64,000 nucleotides of DNA from an uncultured delta proteobacterium (GCA_963736855.1 CAVTQK010000015.1:480001-544000), one strand, 5' to 3'. Positions 9,576 to 20,741 are shown, numbered from the stretch's first letter. Notes: a model not told the origin generated them from the sequence alone. Numbers and translations are program-made.

Positions 9576-10862
9576 ATGCGAGACGTGGTTATTGTCAGCG
9601 GATGCCGGACGGCCATCGGCGCTTTTGGCGGAAGTTTGAAGGAGGTATCTGCAGTGGAGCTGGGCGCCTTGGTGATCCGTGATGTTTTGAAGCGGGCAGG
9701 GCTCAAACCGGTTGCCGACAGCCGGGTATTGGATCTGGCACCCCGGAAACTGAAACAAGAGGCGCTAACCGAGATGGAAAAGAAATATGGCGGATGGGAC
9801 GAGGGTTTGAGGCCCGTGGTCGTGGACGAGGTCATCATGGGCAACGTCCTCCAGGCCGGGATGGGGCAAAATCCAGCCCGGCAAGCCATGATTCATGCAG
9901 GCCTTCCGAAAGAAATTCCGGCGGTTACCATAAATAAGGTTTGCGGCAGCGGCCTCAAATCCATCGCATTGGGGGCCTCGGCCATCCTGACCGGGCAGGC
10001 CGATGTGGTGGTCTCCGGGGGTCAGGAGAATATGAGTGCGGTTCCTATGGCGCTTCCCAAAGCACGATGGGGGCATCGTATGGAGTTGACCGGTGTCGGG
10101 GAGATCCTCGACCTGATGGTTTTCGACGGCCTTTATGAAATTTTTTACGGCTATCACATGGGAATGACGGCAGAGAATATTGCCAGAACCTACGGCATCA
10201 GCAGAACCGAGCAGGATGAGCTGGGGGTACTCAGCCATCGCAGGGCCATCCAGGCGATCAAAGGAGGTCTTTTCGCCCAAGAGATTGTTCCTGTGGTCGT
10301 TAAAGACCGGAAAAAAGATATTGTTTTTGATACTGATGAGCGACCTATGGAGACGGATATGGAAAAGATGGCCAAACTTCGGCCGGCTTTTTCCAAAGAC
10401 GGCACGGTAACTGCCGGTAACGCTTCCGGGATCAACGATGCCGCGGCAGCCGTACTGCTGATGAGCGGCGAGCGGGCCAGGGAACTCGAACTGGAACCTG
10501 TGGTCCGAATCAAGTCCTTTGCCTCAGGAGGAGTGGATCCGGCTTACATGGGACTCGGTCCGGTTCCTGCCGTAAAAAAAGCCTTGAAGGCTGCCGATAT
10601 GGCCATTTCCGACTTGGATCTGATCGAGCTCAATGAAGCCTTTGCATCCCAAGCCATCGGGTGCATGCGGGAATTGGGGATTCAGACCGAAAAACCCAAT
10701 GAACTGGGAAGCGGTATTTCCCTGGGACACCCCATCGGCGCCACGGGTGCGAGGCAGATGGTCACCGGTATGAACCATATGATCCGCAAAGGGTACTCCA
10801 CCGGGCTGGTGACCATGTGTATCGGCGGTGGCATGGGGATGGCCATGGTCCTGGAGCGCTGA
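9576..10862 (+). CDS. Acetyl-CoA C-acyltransferase (thiolase)
   Basis: NKVCGSG, NEAFA, GHPIGATG, CIGGG motifs. Confidence 0.95.
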   Translation: MRDVVIVSGCRTAIGAFGGSLKEVSAVELGALVIRDVLKRAGLKPVADSRVLDLAPRKLKQEALTEMEKKYGGWDEGLRPVVVDEVIMGNVLQAGMGQNPARQAMIHAGLPKEIPAVTINKVCGSGLKSIALGASAILTGQADVVVSGGQENMSAVPMALPKARWGHRMELTGVGEILDLMVFDGLYEIFYGYHMGMTAENIARTYGISRTEQDELGVLSHRRAIQAIKGGLFAQEIVPVVVKDRKKDIVFDTDERPMETDMEKMAKLRPAFSKDGTVTAGNASGINDAAAAVLLMSGERARELELEPVVRIKSFASGGVDPAYMGLGPVPAVKKALKAADMAISDLDLIELNEAFASQAIGCMRELGIQTEKPNELGSGISLGHPIGATGARQMVTGMNHMIRKGYSTGLVTMCIGGGMGMAMVLER

Positions 10863-10939
10863 GATCCAATCGTATAATGGGATCGACTTTTTCTTTGCTA
10901 TGCGGTTTGAAATTTGATAAAAAGGATAATGCGGATAAC

Positions 10940-11113
10940 GGCGGCTTCTCAAATAGACTGCTCGCCTCTCGGGGGGATTGTACGGTATCTAACCTGAGGG
11001 CGGCATATTTGTTAACTACACCTCATCATTAGGGATTTTCGTGTATTATCCCGTGAAACGCGGGAGAGTTTTTGTTTTCGCCGTCGATCTTGATGAGTTT
11101 TTACGGGTTCATC
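10940..11113. mobile_element. Degenerate relative of type B element
   Basis: GCGGC..TACACCTCAT..AGGGATTT core and GAGTTTTTACG..TTCATC right end align by eye with element B; left end decayed; no intact target duplication. Confidence 0.55.
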
Positions 11114-11227
11114 AGGCTTAAACGCATTGAATAGAAAGGGACGCTGAGGCCCTTTGTTAATTACCCCATCAGTGGAGTAAGTTCCGGGAAAGCAACTGCT
11201 TCCCTTAACAGCAGGAGGTTCAGGCAA

Positions 11228-11383
11228 ATGAATGTGAGCAGGAAGCTGGGCATCTTGGTTTTTTGTGCCGTTCCCGCCATTGTTGGCGGGGGCATCGTCT
11301 ATGCGCTGTTCAACAGCTATCCGACGGTGCTTGTGTATGAAATCCTTCTTCTGCTGACTGCCGGCGCATTCTTTAGTAGGTAG
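11228..11383 (+). CDS. Small 51-aa two-TM membrane protein (not in ORF track)
   Basis: AGGAGG RBS; MNVSRKLGILVFCAVPAIVGGGIVYALFNSYPTVLVYEILLLLTAGAFFSR. Confidence 0.7.
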   Translation: MNVSRKLGILVFCAVPAIVGGGIVYALFNSYPTVLVYEILLLLTAGAFFSR

Positions 11384-11651
11384 CGGTGACGCACGGCCGG
11401 TCGACCTTCAGCAAATTCCATCCTTGAGGCGATCCCACAATCTATCCAACCCCATGGCATGGAAGGGGCAAGTGGGATGGCAGTGATACCCATTTCCGCT
11501 TTCTGCAGACGGAGAGGTTCGGGAAGCCGGTAGTTGATGAAACCCCGAATCCTAGCACCCATGAACCCGGAAAGATGAAGATGGGGAATTGTCTCAACCC
11601 GCTGAAAGGATCCATATTCCCGATGCAACGACTTGGAAGGCAGGAAAATTG

Positions 11652-12728
11652 ATGGATCACCGGAGAAACAAGGACATAATCTTGTGGTTTTTTTTGGCGC
11701 TGTTTTTAGTTTCTATCTTCATGCTCGGCTGGCTGATCTGGCCTTTCATCTCCATCATCATTTTGGCGGCTGTCCTGACAGGGGTTTTCAACCCGGTTTA
11801 TGCCCTCTTCAAAAAGAAAATGAGGGCCTCCCTGGCTTCCGTTCTGATTTGTTTCATGGTGTTCGTTGTTATTTTTATTCCCATTGTCCTGTTTGTGGGG
11901 ATTCTGTCCAAGGAAGCCTATGACCTGTATACCATGGCAAAAAACGCGGTGCTCAAGGAAGAGATCCGCGCGCTTTTCGAGAAGAGCCGGATCTTGGAGC
12001 AGATCAATCTCCTGCTTGCCCGTTTTGATTATACGGTATCGGGCGAGGAACTCAATAAGGCCATATCCGAAATCGGAAAGTCCGTGGGCCTTTTTCTTTA
12101 CGAACAGGCAAGCGCCGTCGCCTCCAATATCTTCAGGTTTGTATTAAATTTCTTTCTCATGTTGCTCATCATGTATTTCCTCCTGGTAGACGGAGATCGG
12201 ATGATTTCTTTTATCGGCGACTTATCACCGCTACCCGCCGAACAGGACCAAAAGATCATCCAGAAATTTAAAGACGTGGCCGGGGCCATCCTCGTTATCA
12301 ACATCCTGAGCGGCATTGTCCAGGGATTCTTCGGCGGTATTATCTTTGCCCTTTTTGGACTCAAATCGCCCTTCCTGTGGGGATTGATCATGGCAATTGT
12401 GGCCTTTTTGCCCATTCTGGGGATCGGGCTTGTTTTCATCCCGACTTCCATCTATCTTTTTTTGAACGGTAGGATCCCCGCAGCCGTTTTTTTCATTATC
12501 GCGTATCTCATTTTATCGTTGGGGATAGAAAATGTCCTGAAACCCAAACTGGTGGGTCAAAGGGTGCAAATGCACATCCTTTTGGTTTTTCTTTCCATCA
12601 TGGGCGGGCTGAAGCTTTTCGGAATCTTAGGGATCATATACGGTCCCCTGGTCGTCACCGCATTTATTACGCTGACCGATATTTACCATACCAGCTACCA
12701 GCAACAGGTAGAAATTTCGGAAAAATAG
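11652..12728 (+). CDS. AI-2E family transporter
   Basis: Multi-TM; ENVLKPKLVG, GGLKLFGILGIIYGP motifs. Confidence 0.9.
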   Translation: MDHRRNKDIILWFFLALFLVSIFMLGWLIWPFISIIILAAVLTGVFNPVYALFKKKMRASLASVLICFMVFVVIFIPIVLFVGILSKEAYDLYTMAKNAVLKEEIRALFEKSRILEQINLLLARFDYTVSGEELNKAISEIGKSVGLFLYEQASAVASNIFRFVLNFFLMLLIMYFLLVDGDRMISFIGDLSPLPAEQDQKIIQKFKDVAGAILVINILSGIVQGFFGGIIFALFGLKSPFLWGLIMAIVAFLPILGIGLVFIPTSIYLFLNGRIPAAVFFIIAYLILSLGIENVLKPKLVGQRVQMHILLVFLSIMGGLKLFGILGIIYGPLVVTAFITLTDIYHTSYQQQVEISEK

Positions 12729-13051
12729 ACTGGCGATATTTCCCGGTCGGTCTCACATGGCCGTATTAGCCCTGCAGTTGCATAAAAACATGACAAGGAA
12801 TAGAAAAAAGAATGATAACAGGGCATTTGAGTTCGTTTAGGCATGGTTCGCGAATAAACTTTTAGTGACTTCTAAAACTAAAATTTGTCATGTTTTTTTA
12901 CCCGGAGGAAAATCGAAAATGCCCCATCTCCTTCGTTGCCAAAGGCTTGCAGTAAAATACTACGGTTTCGCCCTTGGACGCCTTGGATCTATGGCATCCC
13001 CGGCTTTAGCATCAGCAGGGTTAATCTTCGGATGAAGAAAAGGTAATACCT

Positions 13052-15491
13052 ATGGATTTGCTTCAAAAAGAGAGGTCGCCTGAAGTCAGTATTGAGAGCG
13101 AGATGAAGAAATCGTATCTCGATTATGCCATGAGCGTGATTATCGGCAGGGCGCTGCCGGACGTTCGGGACGGGTTTAAGCCGGTGCATCGCCGGATCTT
13201 GTTTGCCATGAGCGAGCTGGGAAATGACTGGAACAAGCCGTATAAAAAATCCGCGCGGATCGTCGGAGATGTCATCGGCAAGTACCACCCTCACGGGGAT
13301 GTGGCGGTTTACGATACCATGGTCAGGATGGCGCAGAATTTTTCCATGCGCTATCCGCTCATCGATGGACAGGGGAATTTCGGTTCCATCGACGGGGATC
13401 CGCCTGCCGCCATGCGGTACACGGAGGTCCGAATGGCCCGCCTGTCTCACCAGATGCTGGCCGATTTGGAGAAAGAGACGGTGGATTTTGTTCCCAACTA
13501 CGACGAATCCCTGAAGGAACCCTCGGTGCTTCCCGCCGTCATACCCTCTCTTCTGGTCAACGGATCCTCCGGCATTGCCGTGGGGATGGCCACCAATATC
13601 CCGCCCCATAACCTGACGGAGGTCATCGATGCCCTTTGTGTCGTGATCGACAGGCCCGATACCGGCGCGGAGGAACTCCTGAAGATCATTCCGGGGCCGG
13701 ATTTTCCCACCGCCGCCATGATTTACGGGACCTCCGGAATTAAGGAAGCCTACCTGACCGGAAGAGGGATCATCCGGATGCGGGCCAGGGCCGTTGTTGA
13801 AAAAGATAAGCGGACCCAGAGCGAAACTATCGTCATCACCGAACTTCCCTATCAGATCAACAAATCCAGGCTCATCGAAAAGATCGCCCAGCTGATGAAG
13901 AGCAAGCATCTCGAAGGCATCCGCTATATCCGGGATGAATCGGATCGGGAAGGGATGCGGATCGCCATTGGGCTTAAAAAGGAACAGACCTCCGAGGTGG
14001 TGGTCAATCAGCTCTACAAACAAACCCAGATGGAAGCCAGCTTCGGGATCATTTTTCTGGCCATCGTCGATAATCAGCCGGTGCTGTTGACCTTAAAGGC
14101 GCTCCTGGAGCATTTCATTCGGCACCGTAAAACGGTGATTATCCGTCGCACTCGATATGATCTGGCAAAGGCGACAGAGAAGGCCCATATCCTCGAAGGG
14201 CTCAAGATTGCCCTTGGATAACCTGGACGCGGTGGTGATCCTCATCCGGAACTCCACGTCTCCCAAAGAGGCCAAGGATGGGCTCATGGAGCGCTTCTCA
14301 CTTTCGGCCATCCAGGCCCAGGCGATCTTAGATATGCGCCTCCAGCGGTTGACCGGACTCGAGAGGGAAAAAATCCTCCTGGACTATGAGGCGACGCTCA
14401 AAGACATCGCGCGGTTCAAGGAGATCCTGGGGAGCGAACGGATCGTCCTGGATATCATCAAAGAGGAACTTCTCAGGATTCGGGAAGAGTTCGGAGACGC
14501 CCGCCGGACCGAGATCGTGGAGGAAACCAGGGAGATCAGCATCGAAGACACGATTGTGGAAGAGGATATGGTGGTGACCGTCTCCAACACCGGTTACATC
14601 AAGAGAAACCCGGTTTCCCTTTACGCCAGTCAGCAGCGCGGCGGGAAAGGGAAGACCGCCATGGGCACCAAGGAAGAGGATTTCGTCTCCCTTCTGTTCG
14701 TGGCGTCCACACATCATACCTTCCTCTTTTTCACCAATCTGGGAAAGGCTTACTGGCTCAAGGTCTACGAAATCCCTCAGGCCGGTCGGATGAGCCGGGG
14801 AAAGGCCATCGTCAACCTTTTGAATCTGGGTAAAGAGGAAAGGTTGAGCACCATACTCTCGGTGCCTTCCTTCAAGGAAGGGGGCTATGTGATCATGGCC
14901 ACCGAAAAGGGAACGATCAAGAAGACCGATCTGATGGCCTTCAGCCGACCCCGTTCCGGCGGCATCATCGCCATGACTCTCGACGAAGGGGATGCCCTCA
15001 TTTCCGCGCGGATTACCGACGGCACTTATAATGTCTTTCTGGGATCGGCCAAGGGAAAATCGATCCGATTTCACGAATCGGATGTCCGGCCCACAGGCCG
15101 CAATTCCATGGGGGTGCGCGGCATGGGACTGGAACAAGACGATCGACTGGTGGGGATGGAGGTTCTCAGTCATGGGCAGACCCTCTTTACAGCCACGGAA
15201 AACGGATTCGGAAAACGGACTTCCATCGACGAGTATCCGGTCCACCGGCGCGGCGGAAAAGGGGTGATAACGATCAAGACCAGTACCAGAAACGGAAAGG
15301 TGGTCTCAATCCTCTTGGTGAGCGATTCGGATGAAGTCATGCTCATTACCAATACCGGGAGATTAATACGGACCCCTATCAACGGTGTTTCGGTTATCAG
15401 CCGTAATACTCAGGGGGTCAAATTGATGGGCATGGAGCTTAGCGAGCGGTTGACCGCAGCGGTTCGAATCTCCGAAGCCCTGGAGAAATAA
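13052..15491 (+). CDS. gyrA: DNA gyrase subunit A, with a +1 frameshift near 14215 (probably an assembly error)
   Basis: YHPHGD, AAMRYTE, GyrA box QQRGGKG; GCCCTTGGATAAC reads A-L-D-N if one base is removed. Confidence 0.95.
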
Positions 15492-15506
15492 CCCGGAGAG
15501 AAAGCC

Positions 15507-16535
15507 ATGCATCTGCCGATTGTCGATATTCATGTGGGTGTTGTGGGGGGTGGAAGCTGGGGAACCGCCATCGCGAATCTTTTGGCACTCAAAGGGTTTC
15601 GGATCGATTGGTGGATCTACGAAGCTGAAGTGCGGGAACAGATACGGCAATTCCGGGAAAATCGGGTTTTCCTTCCCGGGGTCCTGTTGTCTCGGAATGC
15701 GTTGCCGACCCATGACTTGGGTCAGGCAATACAGGGAAAGGATGTGGTGATCGTCGTGGTGCCTTCCCATTTTCTCAGGGATGTGGCATGCCGGATGACG
15801 GATTTCGTTGAGGAAAAAACCCTTTTCGTTTCAGCTTCCAAGGGGATTGAAAATGAAACCCATTTCACCATGTCTGCCGTCCTGCAGGCATCCCTGAATC
15901 ATCTGCCGAAGGATCGTATCGCCGCCCTTTCGGGCCCCACGTTTGCAGTCGAGGTGGCGCGGCAGGTCCCTTCGGTAGCCACCGTTGCCTCCACGGATCC
16001 AAAAACAGCCTTTTTCGTGCAGCATGTTCTGGCCACCCCCTTTTTTCGAGTCTACACCTCCAATGACGTCATCGGGGTCGAGCTGTGCGGGGCATTGAAA
16101 AATGTCATCGCCATCGCAAGCGGCATCGTGGATGGATTGAATCTCGGATTGAATACCCGTGCGGCCCTGATTACCCGGGGGCTTGCCGAAATGAAACGAC
16201 TTGGACGCGCCCTCGGAGCGGATCCGGACACGTTCACCGGGCTTGCGGGGGTCGGGGATCTGATTCTGACCTGCACGGGAGATCTGAGCCGTAATCACAC
16301 CGTCGGGAAAAAGATCGGTGAGGGGATGAAACTTTCGGAGATCCTCACCGGGATGCGGATGGTTGCTGAAGGGGTAAAAACCGCGAATTCGGTCTATAGA
16401 CTTTCCGATAGACTGGGTGTGGAAATGCCCATTTGTGGTGAGGTGTATCGTATCCTCTATGAAGATGCATCGCCTTCCGAGGCGTTGCATCGCCTCATGA
16501 CCCGAGAACTCAAGCAGGAAAAGGATGAAGCGTAA
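15507..16535 (+). CDS. gpsA: NAD(P)H-dependent glycerol-3-phosphate dehydrogenase
   Basis: GGGSWGTA, SKGIE, GALKNVIAI, GDLILTC..SRN. Confidence 0.95.
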   Translation: MHLPIVDIHVGVVGGGSWGTAIANLLALKGFRIDWWIYEAEVREQIRQFRENRVFLPGVLLSRNALPTHDLGQAIQGKDVVIVVVPSHFLRDVACRMTDFVEEKTLFVSASKGIENETHFTMSAVLQASLNHLPKDRIAALSGPTFAVEVARQVPSVATVASTDPKTAFFVQHVLATPFFRVYTSNDVIGVELCGALKNVIAIASGIVDGLNLGLNTRAALITRGLAEMKRLGRALGADPDTFTGLAGVGDLILTCTGDLSRNHTVGKKIGEGMKLSEILTGMRMVAEGVKTANSVYRLSDRLGVEMPICGEVYRILYEDASPSEALHRLMTRELKQEKDEA

Positions 16536-17274
16536 TCGAGCTGAAAGCACGGATGACCCCGCTTCCATGGCGGAAGGGCATCGCGAAAGGCTGCGAGAAA
16601 AGTTTTTAAGATCCGGACTTTCCGGATTCCATGACTATGAAGTCATCGAACTGCTCTTGACGCTGGCAACGCCCCGAAGAGATTGCAAAGGTCCGGCCAA
16701 AGCCGCTTTGCAACATTTCAAAACCCTGCAAGGGGTGCTGGAAGCACATCCCGCTGAGCTTTCCGCAATTCCCGGAATCGGTCCGAAAAATCTTTTCGGG
16801 ATCAAACTCATCAAGGCGGTGGCGGACCGGTACCTATTAAAGGCGATTATCCATAAAGATCCCATTTCAAATTCCCGATCCCTTTTTGAATATCTCTATC
16901 ATACCCTTCGAGATAAGAGCCGGGAATCCTTTAAGGTCTTTTTTTTGGATGCAAAAAACCGGGTCATTTCGGCTGAGACCCTTTTCGAAGGAACATTGAC
17001 CGCAAGCCAGGTCTACCCGAGGGAAGTGGTCGCTTCGGCGTTGAATCAACGGGCGGCTGCGCTCATTTTTGCACACAATCATCCTTCCGGCGACCCGGCG
17101 CCATCGGCGGAGGACTTTGCCGTCACCCGACAACTCGTATTCGCCTGCCGGGTCATGGGGATCGCGGTTCATGATCACATCATCATTGGGGACAATCGCT
17201 ATTTCAGTTTTGCGGATGAGGGACATATTGAGAAGATGCGAAGGGAATATGAGCAACAGGTTTGTTCCCGTTAA
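16525..17274 (+). CDS. radC: RadC / JAB-domain protein
   Basis: GHRERLR, HNHPSGDPAPSAED, DHIIIG. Confidence 0.95.
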   Translation: MKRNRAESTDDPASMAEGHRERLREKFLRSGLSGFHDYEVIELLLTLATPRRDCKGPAKAALQHFKTLQGVLEAHPAELSAIPGIGPKNLFGIKLIKAVADRYLLKAIIHKDPISNSRSLFEYLYHTLRDKSRESFKVFFLDAKNRVISAETLFEGTLTASQVYPREVVASALNQRAAALIFAHNHPSGDPAPSAEDFAVTRQLVFACRVMGIAVHDHIIIGDNRYFSFADEGHIEKMRREYEQQVCSR

Positions 17275-17304
17275 CCGGGAAATGGTTCGGGAGAGAAGAA
17301 AGCC

Positions 17305-17595
17305 ATGACCGATCGCAAAGGCGCGCGACCCTTTTGCTTCGGTAAACTCGAATGCGTCTTTCCCATGGGATCCCAGGGCTTTCGGGAAACTCCCGAGTCC
17401 TGCTTTCCATGCATCTTCCGGGTTGAGTGTCTGAAGTCCGCCATGGATCAAGTGGAAGGCCTGACGGTTCGGGAAGAAACGGTGGACCGGGCTTATTCAT
17501 GCGGAGTGATCGGTTTCTGGGCGCGTTGGTCGAAGAAGAAATCTCTCCGGCAGGAGATGGAAAAGCGACATCGGGAGAAAAAGTCAAAATCATAA
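17305..17595 (+). CDS. Cys-rich hypothetical protein
   Basis: In operon; CFGKLE..C..C....C; basic C-terminus. Confidence 0.7.
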   Translation: MTDRKGARPFCFGKLECVFPMGSQGFRETPESCFPCIFRVECLKSAMDQVEGLTVREETVDRAYSCGVIGFWARWSKKKSLRQEMEKRHREKKSKS

Positions 17596-17612
17596 CAAAA
17601 AGGAGAAGCAAT

Positions 17613-18806
17613 ATGAAATCCATTGATCAGATCGATGTGAAGGGAAAGAGGGTCCTGGTCCGGGTGGATTTCAATGTGCCGCTTAACGAACAATCTCAAG
17701 TAAGGGATGATCTGCGAATCCGTGAAGTCCTCCCCACACTCCGGTATCTTATGGAAAAGAAAGCCAGGGTGATTCTGGCCTCTCATCTGGGAAGACCCAA
17801 GGGTAAAAAGGCCCCTGAATTTTCCCTGCGGCCCGTGGCAGTGCATTTAAGCAGAATTCTTGGCCAGGAAGTGCAAATGGCGCCGGACTGCATCGGTTAT
17901 GAGGTGGAAACACAAGTTGCCCGCCTCAAAACAGGGCAGGTCCTCCTCCTGGAGAACCTGAGGTTTCACGCCGAGGAGGAAAAGGATGACGATGCGTTTG
18001 CCGTGTCCCTTGCCGCCCTGTGCGATATTTATGTCAATGACGCCTTTGCGGTATCCCATCGGGCTAATGCTTCGGTTTCCGCCATCACCCGCCATGCGCC
18101 GGTGTCCGTAGCGGGCTTCCTCTTGAAACGAGAGATTACCTATGCCGATCAGGCTTTAAAGAACCCCAAACGGCCTTTTGTGGCGGTGGTGGGTGGGGCA
18201 AAGGTCTCCACCAAGCTCAAGGCCTTAGAAAATATTCTTGAACGGGTGGACAAGCTCATTATCGGCGGGGCGATGGCTAACACCTTCCTGGCGGCAAGCG
18301 GAAAAGATGTGGGACGGTCAAAGGTGGAAGCGGAAATGCTGACGGTGGCCGCCGATATCATTCGCCGATCCACCGAAAAAAGGATTCCTTTTTATTTGCC
18401 TGTCGATGCGGTTGTGGCTGATCAAGCGACCGCCGATGCGACGATCCGCATGGTTCCTGTCCAGGAGGTCCCGGCCGAGTGGATGATCCTGGACATCGGC
18501 CCGGCATCGCTCTCCCTGTACTCCCAGGCTCTTTATGATGCCAAGACCATCGTCTGGAACGGCCCCATGGGCGTTTTTGAACTGGATGCGTTCAGCAGAG
18601 GAACCCTCGGCATGGTGCATTGCCTGGCGGAATGCCATGCCCTGACTGTTGTCGGCGGGGGGGAAACCGGAGAGGCGGTTCAAAAAAGCGGTCTTGCCCA
18701 AAGGATTTCATACATTTCTACGGGAGGCGGGGCCTTTTTAGAGCTGATGGAGGGAAAGGAATTGCCGGGGATCGCTGCGCTTAATAGATCTGAAGGCAGG
18801 GTTTAG
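17613..18806 (+). CDS. pgk: Phosphoglycerate kinase
   Basis: RVDFNVP, SHLGRP, LLENLRF, WNGPMG, STGGGA; AGGAG RBS. Confidence 0.97.
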   Translation: MKSIDQIDVKGKRVLVRVDFNVPLNEQSQVRDDLRIREVLPTLRYLMEKKARVILASHLGRPKGKKAPEFSLRPVAVHLSRILGQEVQMAPDCIGYEVETQVARLKTGQVLLLENLRFHAEEEKDDDAFAVSLAALCDIYVNDAFAVSHRANASVSAITRHAPVSVAGFLLKREITYADQALKNPKRPFVAVVGGAKVSTKLKALENILERVDKLIIGGAMANTFLAASGKDVGRSKVEAEMLTVAADIIRRSTEKRIPFYLPVDAVVADQATADATIRMVPVQEVPAEWMILDIGPASLSLYSQALYDAKTIVWNGPMGVFELDAFSRGTLGMVHCLAECHALTVVGGGETGEAVQKSGLAQRISYISTGGGAFLELMEGKELPGIAALNRSEGRV

Positions 18807-18849
18807 GAATTCCATCGCCAACTGAAACCGGAGCGGGGGAAGAAGCGCT

Positions 18850-19539
18850 TTGAAACGGTTCGTCATATTCATTCTGGCCGCCGCTTTTCTTCTCGCCCTG
18901 GTCTATATATACCGGGAATACGTGTTGGATCAACTGATGGTCCTGTATCGGATTTTGGCGGACCGGGAAGAGATCAAACGCGTTGTAATCGGTTTCGGTC
19001 CCATGGGGCCTGCCGTATTTATCCTGATTCAGATTCTGCAAGTCCTCCTCGCGCCGGTCCCGGGAGAGGCGACCGGGTTCATCGGGGGATTTCTTTTCGG
19101 GTCGCTGAAAGGGTTTATTTATTCCAGCATCGGCTTGACACTGGGGTCATGCCTGAACTTTGGCGTCGGACGGCTATTGGGAAAGCGATACGTCCGAAAG
19201 GTGATTCCAGAAAGGAAGTTGAATTGGTTCGATGCCTTCGTCAGACACCAGGGCGCCATCGTCGTGTTCATCTGCTTTTTGATTCCCGGTTTTCCCAAGG
19301 ATCTGCTCAGCCTCTTTCTCGGGGTCACGTCCATTCCTTTTAAGATATTTATTGCCATGGCGGGCATCGGACGCATTCCCGGCACCCTGATGTTAAGCAT
19401 TCAGGGGGCGTTTTTGTTCGAAAAGCAATATGGCCTCCTCCTGGGAATGCTGTGCGTCAGCGCCCTTTTGGTGATTGCCGCCTACCGTTATCGGGAAAGA
19501 CTTTATCGCTGGATCGAAAGACTCAACAACGACTCCTGA
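18850..19539 (+). CDS. TVP38/TMEM64 (VTT/DedA-like) membrane protein
   Basis: QVLLAPVPGE, FLIPGFPKD, GRIPG. Confidence 0.9.
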   Translation: MKRFVIFILAAAFLLALVYIYREYVLDQLMVLYRILADREEIKRVVIGFGPMGPAVFILIQILQVLLAPVPGEATGFIGGFLFGSLKGFIYSSIGLTLGSCLNFGVGRLLGKRYVRKVIPERKLNWFDAFVRHQGAIVVFICFLIPGFPKDLLSLFLGVTSIPFKIFIAMAGIGRIPGTLMLSIQGAFLFEKQYGLLLGMLCVSALLVIAAYRYRERLYRWIERLNNDS

Positions 19540-19637
19540 AGATTCATTATTGACGAATAGGTAAAGTGAGGGTATTTGATATAAGGGTTGGACAGACGCA
19601 ACTGGTATTTTGACTAAAGACATCCGGGGAGGGCACC

Positions 19638-20741
19638 TTGACGCACTGGCTCTATCGGGAAGAACTCAGCAAGGCCGATCGTTTAAGACGTTCTTATTAC
19701 GAACTTCTCAGGGACGACCTCGATGCATACATACTCCAATTTGCACTCATCGACTCCTACCAAAATTTTTCCGTAAGACAGATTCCTTATCCCTTTGTTG
19801 AAAAACGTGAACTCAAGCCAAGGGGGCGGATTCCGGATGTGGAATGGGACTGCCAGAACGCGTTTTTGGTGATATTTCTGGAAAATGGTATTCCGGTCGC
19901 GCATAAAAAGTACATCCGGTTTTTTGAAGAAAACAAGACCACTAAAACCAACCTGCTGCGATCTGAAGCCCTCATCCTTTCCGATCAGTTCGATCGAACC
20001 CAGAAGTATCTGGAGTCAGCCCGCTTCATCGAATTTTTTAAAGATCTCCTTTCCGTGGACTATGCTCTGTTGATCCAAAGAAATTCTTACCGGAAAGCCC
20101 ACAATCAGTACATCCTCTCCCATTTCCATGTCAGGATCGATTGGCCCATCGTCGAAGCCGCCGAGGATCTGGCCCGGGTGTTGCGTTATATCTCCAAGGA
20201 TATTTACGAAAAGGGAGATAAATACGCCGAGGACATTCAGAAAAAATTTTTTGAATATTATGCTCTCCCGGCCATGGTGGGAGGAAGAAGGACGGCCGCC
20301 ATTGTGGCAGCCCAATATCTTAGGAAGATCCCCTGCATCAAGACGATTTATGTGGGAAGTTGCGAATCCCGGGCGTTGTATCGAATTTCCGAAAGGGGGG
20401 TTTCAAAGGCCGTTCTGATTAAAATTTCCGATAAGGAGGTGGAGCAGATCTGTCAGGAAAATAGGATTCCTATTCGAAGATTTCGACAAAACTATGCTCT
20501 GGCATCGGAAAAAGATGGCGATGTCTGCATTTTTCAGACCGCTTATGTCCATACCAGCCATGCTCGCCCCCCCGATGATGGGAAGCTACGCGAGATCAAA
20601 CCGGATTTGAACTGGATCCGGGTGGATACCCAGCACTTGCTTCCTAAGCCGCGCGATTGGAAACACCCGCCGATTCCCCTCAATGTGATCTACTCGAAGA
20701 TCATGGGGCCCAGCGAAGACGATGGGATTTTTTCAGTTTAA
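19638..20741 (+). CDS. Hypothetical protein
   Basis: 367-aa ORF, TTG start after GGGGAGG; no family recognised. Confidence 0.75.
   Translation: MTHWLYREELSKADRLRRSYYELLRDDLDAYILQFALIDSYQNFSVRQIPYPFVEKRELKPRGRIPDVEWDCQNAFLVIFLENGIPVAHKKYIRFFEENKTTKTNLLRSEALILSDQFDRTQKYLESARFIEFFKDLLSVDYALLIQRNSYRKAHNQYILSHFHVRIDWPIVEAAEDLARVLRYISKDIYEKGDKYAEDIQKKFFEYYALPAMVGGRRTAAIVAAQYLRKIPCIKTIYVGSCESRALYRISERGVSKAVLIKISDKEVEQICQENRIPIRRFRQNYALASEKDGDVCIFQTAYVHTSHARPPDDGKLREIKPDLNWIRVDTQHLLPKPRDWKHPPIPLNVIYSKIMGPSEDDGIFSV

Noticed and set aside
12989..15245. Long antisense ORFs over gyrA and similar shadows elsewhere
   Set aside because: Opposite-strand shadows of confident genes with no motifs
16525..17274. 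radC as a mobile-element marker
   Set aside because: Full-length form inside a housekeeping operon
18650..18675. PGK GGGET instead of GGGD(T/S)
   Set aside because: Single conservative change with all other motifs intact
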